Source: Diplonema japonicum (lineage: Eukaryota > Protista > Euglenozoa: Diplonemea). From it: a DNA stretch of 64,000 nt. Of this stretch, positions 11,723 through 22,861 are shown one piece after another. The stretch's first letter is position 1, and each line of letters begins with the position of its first letter. Below the pieces are notes generated by a model, which was not told the DNA's origin, searched no databases, and saw only the letters and a list, made by a program, of their open reading frames with translations. The stretch lies in NCBI GenBank assembly GCA_964019335.1, contig OZ025760.1, forward strand, positions 124,001-188,000, written 5' to 3'. The translations under genes and the position numbers were made by a program.

Positions 11723-12134
11723 GCAGAAGGAACAGAAGCACAAACCGCAGAAGGAGAAGGGAAAGGAAGAGCAAAAGGAAGAGCAGATGCCGACAGAAAT
11801 ACAACAGCAGATGCAGAAGCTGGAGCAGATCATCAAAGGGCTGCAAGAGGACAACAAGAAGCTGAGGGAGACACTGAAGAAGCAAGCGCTGAGGCACAGG
11901 GAGCTGAGGGAGAAGGTAATCGCAACGAACCCAGCATCTCCAGCATCCCCGACGAAGAGGCAGAGAAGCGGGACACCTCCGGAGGCTTCACCATCACCGA
12001 GGAGAAGGAAGGCACAGGGATCGCCGAAGAAGAACACAGCCGCGTCCCCCACGAAACGGCCAAGGAGCGTGACACCTCCAGAATCCCGGTCCCCGACACC
12101 GATGGAGACGGACGGCACGCCATCCTACAGGCAG

Positions 12135-12342
12135 CTGAAATGGTTTTAAGTTAGGATGAAGAAGCGAAGAAATAGATAAAAAGGGGTGGGAAAGAATAAA
12201 TACTGCATACGAAAACAGAGAGTCGAGTAAAAAAGGGAAAAGGTGACTGACATCCTCAAGAGGAGCCTCCCACGTACCAGGAATTAAGCAGAGGTTGCTT
12301 CCATGGCCCGTATCAGTCTATCGCCAGAAAGAATAATGAAAA
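12135..12342 (-). mobile_element. R1 insertion (5'-truncated LINE 3' end), 208 nt
   Basis: Identical to 12753-12960; sits where the ORF1/APE junction of LINE A is missing. Confidence 0.85.
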
Positions 12343-12752
12343 AGGAGGAAGGTCGAGGGCATCGCATCGAACTGGGTAGCGCAGAGGGGGGGACTCGCAA
12401 CACTCATCCGAGAACCCAGGACCGCACTACCAGGAACACTGGATACCTCAGACCAACCTGAGGAGCAAAGCCGGAGGTGGCTGCACACGCAGGTCGCGAT
12501 CGACGGCAAGCGCAAATGGCTGCACATCATCTCGGTTTACTGCCCGTCGGGAGCAGGGCGAGAAGAAACGGCAAAGAGGGAGACCCTCCTCCACTACGTC
12601 CTGCAGAAGAAGACGAGGGAGCTCGGCAACGTACCCATACTCGTTGTCGGCGACCTGAACACTGACGAGGACAGGTCTCCAGAACTGTGCAAGGCGCTGC
12701 AGACGGGCTGGACTGATGCAGCGGAGCTATGCGCAAAGATGAGAAGGGGCGA

Positions 12753-13281
12753 CTGAAATGGTTTTAAGTTAGGATGAAGAAGCGAAGAAATAGATAAAAA
12801 GGGGTGGGAAAGAATAAATACTGCATACGAAAACAGAGAGTCGAGTAAAAAAGGGAAAAGGTGACTGACATCCTCAAGAGGAGCCTCCCACGTACCAGGA
12901 ATTAAGCAGAGGTTGCTTCCATGGCCCGTATCAGTCTATCGCCAGAAAGAATAATGAAAATAACATAACAAAGAGAAGGGGAGAAGAAACGGAAAAAGAC
13001 GGCTTGGTCATCAGAGAATGTTGACCCAAATGCGTCGGCGGACGCAGTTTAACGTCATACCCGGGACGGAAACCATGTTGGGAAAGCAGAAGGGAAGTTA
13101 AAAGACAAGAAGTGGAAAAGAAGTGGAAAAGGAAAAGGTGGAAACTAAAATCATAGGGTGCGAGGTCTGTGAGACCCTGCATAGCCTATCGCCCTCGTAG
13201 CACGCCGGGCCGGCACTCCTACATTGCGTAGGGTCGTCTCCAGTAGTTCCTAGTTGTAGGAGCTCAGCACAGTCGACCACT
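12753..13281 (-). mobile_element. R1 insertion, longest copy (529 nt)
   Basis: Interrupts APE frame CAKMRRG|EQPEPTF with GCGA duplicated (12749-52, 13282-85); its 5' part encodes a short C-terminal peptide (LETTLRNVGVPARRATRAIGYAGS). Confidence 0.85.
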
Positions 13282-14262
13282 GCGAGCAACCAGAACCAAC
13301 GTTTGTACGGAAAAACTGCGCCACACGGATAGACAGGATTCTGGCAAACCCAGAGGCGGTGCCGGCCATCACGGACTGCAGCGCATACAAGCTAGTCAAA
13401 GGAACCGACCACAGAACCCTCACAGTCCGACTACAACTCGATAGGTTCAGTCTGCAGGTACAGAGGTACATGCTGCCGAAGGGGCTGGAAGCAGCAGAGG
13501 AGCCGGCAGAAGGTCAGGGCGCAGAGGCTGTTGAAGCGTGTCATTTCCAACTGCACTTGCGAGAGGGCCGAATCACAGAAGCCTTCGAAACACTCTCCCG
13601 ATGCACAGAAGATCTCCTGATAGGACAACCGGTAGGGACGCCAGGGAGGGCAGCATACGTTGGAAGGGGCAAACACATAAGCACGAAGAACAAGAATGTG
13701 TGTGCACCGACAACAACAGGCTCGATCGGGGCGGCTACAATCATGCAGGCCCGACTGGAGAAGCTGAGGCTCAAGACCCGTTCATTACGAGAGCAACTGG
13801 AACGGGCAATGGACGAGGGGAGCCTGAGCACGACCACTCTGAACACAATAAGAAATGTGAACAGAGAAGCAGCAGCGGCAGCAGTCCCGACGGAGCCAAT
13901 ACCGCAGGACACCACGTTCATCGAAGACATGCTGGCAGCAACCCTAGACATGGAGGACGCCGTGGCGGCGCAAGAACGGAGGAAGAGGACCGAGTCGAAC
14001 ACGACGCGAAGACGAGAATACCTGGCTGAGGTGGCATCGGGAAGAGAAACGGCCAAGCTGGTGACAGTAGCAAGAGGAAAACGCCAGAGCGATGGGACCA
14101 GGGCAGTCAAGGATGGGAAGTTACTAGTGGCAGACCCTGCGAAGATCGACGCAGTCATGCGCAAAGCCTGGAAGAGCGTCTTCTCGAAGTACGAAAACAA
14201 GCCGGAACCCCCCCTTCGCCCCCTTCAAGGCAAAGTATGGCAAGTTTATACAACGGCATGAG

Positions 14263-16908
14263 ATGACGAAGACGCAGCTCACGGGAGCGAGGCTGAGAGA
14301 GGTACTCGCAAGGAAGAGCAAGAGAAGCGCAGCAGGCATCGACGGGTGGAGGATGCTGGAGCTACGCAAACTACCAGAGTCGGTGTTGGACGCCTGGGCT
14401 CAGCTCTTCCAAGCGATCGAAGCAACCGGGAGATGGCCAGAGGCCGTGAAGACGGCGCTGGTCACACTCGTACAAAAATGCGACGACGCGGGACCGCTGG
14501 AGCACAGACCCATCACGGTGACATCAGCGGTGTACAGACTTTGGGCATGCACGCGACTGGCAGACATCCTTCTCTGGCAGGAGAAGTGGGTACACGACAA
14601 GCAGTACGGATTCCGCACAGGCTTCGGGACAGAGGACGCGCTAATGGACCTCGCCCTGGACATCGAGGAATCTCTACTCGAAGGGAAACCGCTGGTCGGG
14701 GTGGCACTTGACTTTGCGAAGTGTTTCGACAGCGTACCGCAGCAACTAGTGATGGAGCTGGTGGAGGACATGGGCATGGAGACGGGCATTCTAAGGGCGC
14801 TGAAGGGGATGTACGCGGGCATGCGGAGACGTTTCAGGTACGCCACGGGCGTTGGAGAGGAGTTCCACACGACAAATGGAATCCTACAAGGGTGCCCCAT
14901 ATCTGTGGTACTCATCAACGCGTTACTGGCAGTGCTGATGAAACAGGTAGAGGACGGCACGGGGGTCCGCTCGTTGTCGTACGCTGACGACGCGTACCTT
15001 CTGGCACAACTCGCGGCAGCGCTGCAGAAGGGGGTGGAGGCGGTGGAGGACTTCTGCAAAATGGTTGGCATGAAGCTAAACGTAAAGAAAACCAAAACCT
15101 TTACGACAGGCGCCAAGGCACCGGAAGTGAAGGTGGACGGTGAAGTGCTGCAGGCAGTGCGGACAGTGGAGGTGCTGGGAGCCAAGCTGCGGACGGACGG
15201 CCAGCAATACAACAACGACAGGGCCAAGGAAGCGATGAAGACGTTGAGCAGGCTGGGGGCAACCCCGCTGTCCTTTCAGCAGAAGGCGCGGATCATCAGC
15301 TCCACACTGCTGCCAAGCTGCCTGTACGACGCCCCCTTCTCACCGCCAAGGACGGGGATGATGGAACTCCTGGTGATGGAGACAACGTACACGCTGTGGG
15401 GCCAGAGGTATCGCACGCGGAGCCCCGGCGCAGTACTCTCCGTGACACTACCAGGGCACACACACCACCCGAAGATGACAGCAGCCTACAAAGCACTGAT
15501 GCTCATGTACAGGGCATGCAGGAAGGACGACCAGCTGTGGGCACGCTGCAACGACATCGCAAAGCTGTACCGGGAAGGGAAGAAGGCGCTGGGCCTGGTG
15601 GGAAACCTGAAGCAGAGGTGGCTACCCATGGTGCAAGCAACCTGGGACCAGCTGAAGGACACCATGGCCATGGAGAAGGAGCGGTTCCGACACTACATCA
15701 GAGACAAGCTCAGGCGTGGTGAAGCGGAGGCCATCATGGGAAAACGGAGCACCATGAAAGGAATGGCGACGGCAGCCGCTGTCGAGACAAACGAGCTGTG
15801 GGGGAAGCTGGCGTCGTCGGACCCCATCGCAGCAAGGAACCTACGCAGGGTGATCACAGGCGCGGTTTTCTACATCCACCCACGGGGATGGCGGACGGAC
15901 GCAGTGGCACACATCCCACCGACGGAGGAGGAGGTGGACGAAGAAGATTCCCGAGACGACTCAGAAGACGAAGAAGAAAGAGAGGCGGGTGGAGAAGGGG
16001 AAGTCGCGGAGCTGGAGCGCATGCTGCTGGCGGAGCAGAGGCAGCAGGACGAACCCGCAACGGCACGATGCGACGTTTGCGGTCAGATGCAACAGGTATC
16101 CAACATCCTGGAGCATGCACTGTGGGAGTGCGAACTGGCTGTCGAAGTAAGGCAACGGGAGGCACATGCAGGCACGACACGAACAGGCCTAGAACCATGC
16201 ATGAGGCTCCATGGCATCCTCCCGAGGGAAGCGGCCAAGGAGGACAAGGACAGGCTCGAGAAGACCCAGCGTTACCTGCTGGCTGTGGTGGGGGAACGCG
16301 ACGCAGCCTTGCAGGCAAAGAGGCAGCAGATCTACCGGACACACCAATGGCTGGAGATCACGGAGGGGGAGGCACACCCAGCACCAACAGAGGAGGAGTA
16401 CGCGAGGCTGCAGACCGGCAACACCCTGAAGGAGTACACGAAACCGGTGCTGAAATGGCTCAAGCAGCTGCGCTGGTATGGAGGGAACAGAAGCACGGCA
16501 GTGTCGACGGTGGAGCTGGCGCTGGATTTCGAAAACGTGACCCAGAAATCCCTTGGAGGGAAGCTAGGGGAGGTGCGACAGAAGGCCAGGAGACTGCACA
16601 CGGTGATGAAGAAGGTGTGGAACACATGGGAACTAGGGAGACTGCAGAAGAAGGTGAAAGGAAGGAGGGCCTTCCCTGCTGAACCATGCAAAAGAGTACA
16701 TACGCTGCGATCAATCGGAGGGACGAAGGCGGTGATCGGGTGGAGTAGAAGAGCAATCTTTGCATCAACGAAGACCAAGTACGACCTGGAGGAGCTGGGG
16801 AAGCAATGGGCAAAGGAAAGAAGGGAAAAAGTAGCCAAGCTGGGGAGGAGGCCGGCACGACCACCGAAGAAGGAGAAACCGCTGCTGAAGGGGGATAGGT
16901 GCAGGTAG
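14263..16908 (+). CDS. LINE A reverse transcriptase and C-terminal zinc knuckle (part of frameshifted ORF2)
   Basis: 881-aa open frame with RT motifs 1-7. Confidence 0.85.
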   Translation: MTKTQLTGARLREVLARKSKRSAAGIDGWRMLELRKLPESVLDAWAQLFQAIEATGRWPEAVKTALVTLVQKCDDAGPLEHRPITVTSAVYRLWACTRLADILLWQEKWVHDKQYGFRTGFGTEDALMDLALDIEESLLEGKPLVGVALDFAKCFDSVPQQLVMELVEDMGMETGILRALKGMYAGMRRRFRYATGVGEEFHTTNGILQGCPISVVLINALLAVLMKQVEDGTGVRSLSYADDAYLLAQLAAALQKGVEAVEDFCKMVGMKLNVKKTKTFTTGAKAPEVKVDGEVLQAVRTVEVLGAKLRTDGQQYNNDRAKEAMKTLSRLGATPLSFQQKARIISSTLLPSCLYDAPFSPPRTGMMELLVMETTYTLWGQRYRTRSPGAVLSVTLPGHTHHPKMTAAYKALMLMYRACRKDDQLWARCNDIAKLYREGKKALGLVGNLKQRWLPMVQATWDQLKDTMAMEKERFRHYIRDKLRRGEAEAIMGKRSTMKGMATAAAVETNELWGKLASSDPIAARNLRRVITGAVFYIHPRGWRTDAVAHIPPTEEEVDEEDSRDDSEDEEEREAGGEGEVAELERMLLAEQRQQDEPATARCDVCGQMQQVSNILEHALWECELAVEVRQREAHAGTTRTGLEPCMRLHGILPREAAKEDKDRLEKTQRYLLAVVGERDAALQAKRQQIYRTHQWLEITEGEAHPAPTEEEYARLQTGNTLKEYTKPVLKWLKQLRWYGGNRSTAVSTVELALDFENVTQKSLGGKLGEVRQKARRLHTVMKKVWNTWELGRLQKKVKGRRAFPAEPCKRVHTLRSIGGTKAVIGWSRRAIFASTKTKYDLEELGKQWAKERREKVAKLGRRPARPPKKEKPLLKGDRCR

Positions 16909-17198
16909 AGCATGAGAACAAGGGGGCGTCTCACAAAGACTTCCTTTAACTCATATATTTCTTTTTTGTTTCTGATGGAAAATTATAAAGGGGGGGGGGG
17001 GGGTAGCTGAAATGATATTGCAAGTGGGAATAAAAATTCCCAAGGGAGTTTTTAATACGCCAAACCTTGCGACGCTCTCCAGGCCCTGGAGAGGCTTCTC
17101 CAGGGCCGTGAGTTTCCTAAGGGAAATTTCAACATGCCAAATAGTGCCAAGATCTTTTTTTTTCCACTAGGGGACTCATTATTTAACGCGAAATGGCC

Positions 17199-18083
17199 AT
17201 TATTTAACTACCGTAAAACGAAAAACTCCCGGACGGAAAAATGTCCGAGTTTTTTTTTTTTTTTATTTCACTCTTCAGAAATTACTTCACGCACTGGGGG
17301 GCCCATTACTTCACGCTAAATCTCATTACTTCACGCTAAATCTCATTACTTCACGGTGAAATAATGGCCTGTTTTCCGTGAAGTAATAGGGGGTTTCCGT
17401 TAAATAATATGCCTCGGTAGGCCAATTTTTGCCTCGGTTCGGTTCCCAGTGGGGCTACTTTTTCCTCTCAGTTTGCTATTTCCCCCCAGGTTCAGCTCAA
17501 TTGGCCAACTTTTGCCTCGGCCCAGTTCCAAGTTGGACAACTTTTTCCTCCCAATTTGCCCACTTTTGGCTAGGCCTTGTTCCCAGTTTCTGGGGGTAAC
17601 TCTTCTGTGGGTAAGGGTAACTTAGTCAGCTTACCCAAGCACCCCAAATGACTTCAAAATACCGAAGCAGCAGAAAAAAAGGAGCCAGCGGCCGCGCCAG
17701 GTATGGGAAGGCCTGATTAGAGATGGTGACAGTGGCAATGCCAGCGACAGCGGCAGCTCTTAGTCAACAAAAGGAGGGAAAACAACTTGTATTGTAACCT
17801 TTGTAACCCCTCTCTTGTTGTACCCCTTGTCACCCTGTTGTGCCCCTCGTGGTGAAGTAATTTCAGAGTGTCGTGAAATAAAACCACTTACCTACCGCCA
17901 AGTAATGCTTTACCGACCTCTCGGTTCCGCATTTTACCATCTCGGGCCCTGCGGGCCCTCGACGGTAAAATGCGGAAACCTCGAGGTAACGGTAAAGTCA
18001 TTACTTGTTGGCAGTAAATAGCTATTTTTGGTGTCCAGGAGTTTTCCCGTCCGACATTATTCGTTTTACAGTAGTTAAATAAT
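17199..18083. mobile_element. pogo-type MITE with internal TTACTTCACG repeats
   Basis: Inverted ends CATTATTTAACTACCGTAAAACGAA / TTCGTTTTACAGTAGTTAAATAATG; the same terminus occurs at 61660-61703. Confidence 0.6.
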
Positions 18084-18303
18084 GAGATTTTGGAGTTAAA
18101 TTATGGGGCTTCAGAGTGAAAAAAATGGGTCTTGTCGTGAAAAAAGTGTACCCAACCCCTTGAAAAACTTTTTTTGGAGTGGGGGTATTTTGACTATAGG
18201 CATCCAACATGCCAAATCGTTCCAGATTTTTCCGAAGCCCATTTTTTCTACATAAGGGAAATTTCAACACGCCATTTAGTACATGCCAAATCGTTCCAAG
18301 ATT

Positions 18304-18854
18304 TTACGAAGAGGAGGAGTAGGCATCCCCGAAGAACTCGGGTGCCATGAAGAGAGGTGTCCCTGTTGTGACCGTCTCCCCGCTCACGACCTTCCGCCCG
18401 AGCCCAAGGTCTCCCAGTGCGAACACCTTCTCGCCACCATCCCCGACGAGCACGTTGGCGGGCTTCACGTCAGGTGGATCACCTGCTTCTTCTCGTGCAG
18501 GTACGACAGCCCACTGCACACCTCCCGAAGCATCTGAAGCACTACTTTTTCCACGACTCCCTTCCGCTTCACGAGTTCCTCCAGAGTCCCCTCGTTGAGG
18601 GTCATCACGATGCACACAGTCGTCGCCCCATCCCCAGCAAGGAACACCTTGTGGGCCTTCACGATGTGCGGGTGCTCCACCTCAGAAAGCAGGAACGCCT
18701 CCGCGAGTCCCCCGTGCCTCATAGTCTCACACCCAGCAGTTTTATTGCGTACACCTTCCCATCCTTCACCGCCCTCCACACCTCCCCGAATGCACCCTTC
18801 CCGAGCTTCTTCTCCAAGCGGTACCCTTTCAGGATCTTCCCTGTGTGCCACATT
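18304..18854 (-). pseudogene. NEK-like Ser/Thr kinase pseudogene
   Basis: LGKGAFGEV, YAIK, EHPHIVK, IH|DVKPANVL, GDLGL, GTPLFMAPE spread over shifted frames; C-lobe missing. Confidence 0.85.
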
Positions 18855-18927
18855 CTTTTATTGTCTCCTTTTTTTCCCGTTCACTGTATTGTGGTCAAGG
18901 TGCTTGAGAAATGAGGCAAAACTCAAA

Positions 18928-18981
<54 letters not shown>

Positions 18982-21900
18982 CAACCTTACTCAAAAGAAA
19001 AACCCCAGCTGGCTGACAACGGGCATAAGAAAATATATTCTTGAATTCCTTTCTTTGTGTGAACGAAAGGGGCTGTTTGTTTGTTTATAGAAGGGGGGAG
19101 GGGGGGATGGATAAAAAAAGAGGAAAGTAATGCATGTTACACCACTCTTCTAGAACTGATATTTTACTCAGGCTGAAGCAAAGACGATGGGAAAAGAACA
19201 TAAAAGGCGATGTTTAAGGGCAAATCCCACTCGAGGACCACCCTTAGGGGGGGTGGGGGTCTATCTCTTGATGCTTCCCTTTTGGAGCCTCGCTTTCGTT
19301 CCGATGGCGGATACCAGTGTCTTTCGCAGACGGTTGATGCGGTCCTTCTTCAGGTTGGTTTTCAGCTCTTTTAGCCTGTCCTGGGTTTCTCGTGAGGCGA
19401 AGATCGGTCTCCTTGCAAAGCCTATCGCCGCCTTCCCTCCTATTGCCATGAGGGACTTCACTCTCGTTTTGTTCTTCGCCGGGAAAGGCTTTTTCTTTCC
19501 TTGTAATGCGCACCTGTCGTTCACCTTTTGGATCAGTTTCTTGATCCTTCGCGCCTTTTCCTCCTGCGTCACTCCCAGCGATCTTCGTGTCGTCGCTTCG
19601 AAGTCTAGGGCTAACTCCACCGCCGTCACCTCCGACGTCGTGTCTTCTTTAACCCATCTTACGTTTTGCTACTATCATCGCCAGGTACCTCTGCAACCTC
19701 TCCAGGTGTGCAAACCCGTGCCCCCTCGGCAAGATCCCGTGCAGTTCCAGGCAGAGAGGCCAGCCTGACCTGTCGCGTAGCGGTTCCAACCCGTCCCTCG
19801 CTAGCTCTTCCTGCGCAAGTGGGCATTCGTACAGCTGGTGCCGTAGCAGCGTCACTGTGTTCTGGTGTACTGCCGTGCATATGTCGCATCTATAATTCTG
19901 AGGAAGCATTGTCTCTCCGGGTGGTCTCCCGTCCTCTCTTTTCAAGTCATCATTGTCCGGTTCTTCTTCCTCACTTGCCGGGTCGAGCGGTACGGTTTTC
20001 GGTCCCGCACTGGCGTGTGGGCTTATGTAGGGGACTGCTCCTGCTATGATCCTCCTGAACTGGTAGGCTACCACCGGATCCCTCTCCTCCTTCTACAGCC
20101 TATTCGTTTCAGGGTCAGCCCCAGCCTCGAGTCCTCGTACCGTGCTCCTTTCTTTCGTGAGGTCCCCGCATCGGGCCTTCCTCACAGCTCCCTGAAGACG
20201 TGTCCTCTTTCTGGCCATCCCATGTTCTTGCAGTCCAATCGGCTCCAGCTCCATCCGATGTACGGCAGCCATCTTTTCAACAGGTTCCCAACCGGACCTC
20301 TCGGCATCCCCCCTTCCACGTAGCGCTCCGCTATTCTCTGCAACCTTTGTCGCAGTCCTTCCTTTTCCATGCCCTCGGATATCATTTTGAGGGACCGGTA
20401 CGCCACTAATGAGGTAGGGTCGTTGGTGTGTCCCTTCAGTAGGACTGCATTCACAGCGATAGGCGAGCGGCCACGGTGGTGGGGGCCCCATAGGCATACG
20501 GTGATCCTCGTCGTCAATTTCTTGATCGTTTCCTTATTCGGCGGCGAGAAGGGGCTCGCGTATAGGCAGGAGGGCAGTATCGACGAGCTCACAAAGTGCG
20601 CTTTGGTTTCGAAGGCCAGGTTCGTGTTCCCCAGTCTATCCAGGGACCCGAATGCTTTGGTCGATGGGGCGATGTCGTCCCTGCTTCCATGCTCTTCAGG
20701 CTCTTTACCGTTTTGTACGGCACTGTGACCTCAACGCCCTTCCGGCTCTCCTTTCTGTTCCCCAGGACCTCGGATTTGAACCCTCTCGCCGTGCCGAAGG
20801 CTACGGTCTTCGTATCGTTCAGCTTCATGTCTGTTAGGGTGCAGAACTCCAGTGCGCCATCTATCCCTGCCTGCAGAATCGAGCGGAGCTTTGCCAGGAG
20901 GTATGCATCGTCCGCGTAGGCTACAACGTCCACCCCCGCTGCCTCCATCGTTTTGATCATCACAGAGAGCAGCGCGTTGATGATGATCACCGACAATGGG
21001 CAGCCCTGGAGGATGCCGTTGGTTGCCTCGAACGGGTCGCCCACTCCAATCGGGAACTTAAACCTCCTTGAAATCTGGTTGTACAGTGCTCTCCTTATTG
21101 GTTCTGCCAAGCCCATTGCACTCATCAGGTCCAGTGATAGTCTCTGCGGTACCATGTCGAAGCATTTGCTGAAGTCAAGGGCTATACCTTGGAGTGGTTC
21201 TTCCTCGACTAGTGCTAGTTCCAACTTTGTACAGAGTTCCATCAGAGCTGAAGTCGTGCTGTGCTTAGGCCTGAATCCGTGCTGATTTGGCGTGATCCAC
21301 CGCTCTTGCCAGCCTAGCACCTGCCTCAGTCTCGCGCTTGCCCACAGCCGGTAGATGGTGCTGGTCACCGTGATTGGCCGGTGGTTTAAAAATGCCGACC
21401 CCTCCCCTTTCCGTGTGAGCGTTACCAGGGCTGTTGTGATCTGCTCCGGCCATTGTCCTGTTCTTTCAACGAGGTTGAAGAGATCCGCGAATCCGCTGAG
21501 GATGGGCTTCGGCAGTCGCTTCAGCTCGCTGATGCGCCATCCATCCACTCCGCACGCTCCTTTGACAGGTTTCTTCCTGATTACCTCTTTCAGGAGGTCA
21601 GCGTCTATCGCGCTCTGTGGCATTGGTTTTTCCCCGATGAAGTTTGCGTATTTCTTTCTGAACGTTTCGAATTGTGGCTCATCCTTTGGTTCCCGTGCAC
21701 AGAAAATCGCTGACCACGCCTTTCGCATCACCGCGTCCATTTCCTGCAGGTTTGCCGTCACTCCCTCCTTCGTGCTCACTGCTTCCGTTTTCTGTTCCGG
21801 GCGGTCCTTCACCCACGCTGTGATGTGCTTTCGCTCGTCCACAAAGTCTGCGCGTATGGACCGCTCGTAAGCTTTTTTCTGGCACTCTTTCCGGTGGACG

Positions 21901-22798
21901 ATGAGTTCGGATCTCTCCCCCTCGACGAAGTCCCCCGCTATGTCTAGGTTCTCCCAGATTGCATCGAAACCCTCTGTCGCATCTATCTGGCAGTATTCCA
22001 CCTTGAGCGCTGCCCCCAGTTGCGAGATGTTCTTAAGGATGTTCCTCGTTTCCGTCGGCAGTGGGCCATGGTACCCCTCCTCCAGCTGAGCACGCATCCT
22101 TTCTTTCGCGATCCCGATCTTCTTTTTGATTTTCTCCAGTTGCATCTGTCTCGTCGGGATTGCCCCTCCGGTTCCTGTCCTCTCTTCTTGGCACAGAACT
22201 CAGCTGCATCCACCCAGTCTCTCTGGAGTGCCCTTCTCAGCGTCGGTGATCGCTCCTCGTCAGTGTTGAAGTCTCCGACCACCGCAACTGGTACCTCTCC
22301 CAGATCGAACCTCACACGTTGCAGGATGTGGTGTAGTAGTTCCTCCCTGGCGTTCTTCATTACCGGGTCCTGCCCTGAGTGACAGTACACGTTGATCACA
22401 TGAAGCCACCTTTTGCCTGCATCCAGGGAAATCTTCACATGAGTCCATCTGTCCTTGTGGGGTCCTGGAGTCTCGCATTTTATCGCCGTTCGGGGTCTCT
22501 TCACCAGGGTTCCCAGCCCTCCCCGTTTGGCGATTGTCAGCGACGAGATCTCGTTTGTCCTCCTGCCTGGCTGCGGTTTCCCCCAGAATCTGGTGTACTG
22601 CCTGCCCCATTCGTCATCTCTGAGCACGCGTTCCACTTCCAGCTGTGTCTGGGCTGTGAGCGCCGTCTCCTGGATGCAGAAGACGTCTGGGAGGACTCCA
22701 GCATATTCACCCAGCCTGTTGTTTAGGGCCGCGCCATTGTGCGTGAATAGGGTGAGCTCGTCTGCTCCGCGTCTCTCCAACTCGTCGTTCGCCGGTCC

Positions 22799-22861
22799 GG
22801 GCCCCGGGTTTGGCTCCACCCCATCCTCGACCAGTTGCTTCGATTCTCTGTCGGAGAGCAA
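22799..22861 (-). other. 2A/StopGo-like ribosome-skipping peptide
   Basis: LLSDRESKQLVEDGVEPNPG|P immediately before the APE domain, the same position as the L1Tc 2A. Confidence 0.75.

Larger units (their letters stand above)
10561..16955 (+). mobile_element. non-LTR retrotransposon A (ORF1, APE, RT, CCHC), disrupted
   Basis: APE motifs SVYCPSG, VVGDLN, RIDRILAN, TDH; RT motifs QYGFR, LDFAKCFD, GILQGCP, YADD; CDVC...HALWEC; possible TSD TATTTCTT (10550-57, 16956-63); frameshifts and two R1 insertions. Confidence 0.92.

Noticed and set aside
12753-13281. Solo LTR (TG...CA)
   Set aside because: No TSD at those boundaries; variable TSD lengths and one-sided truncation fit TPRT
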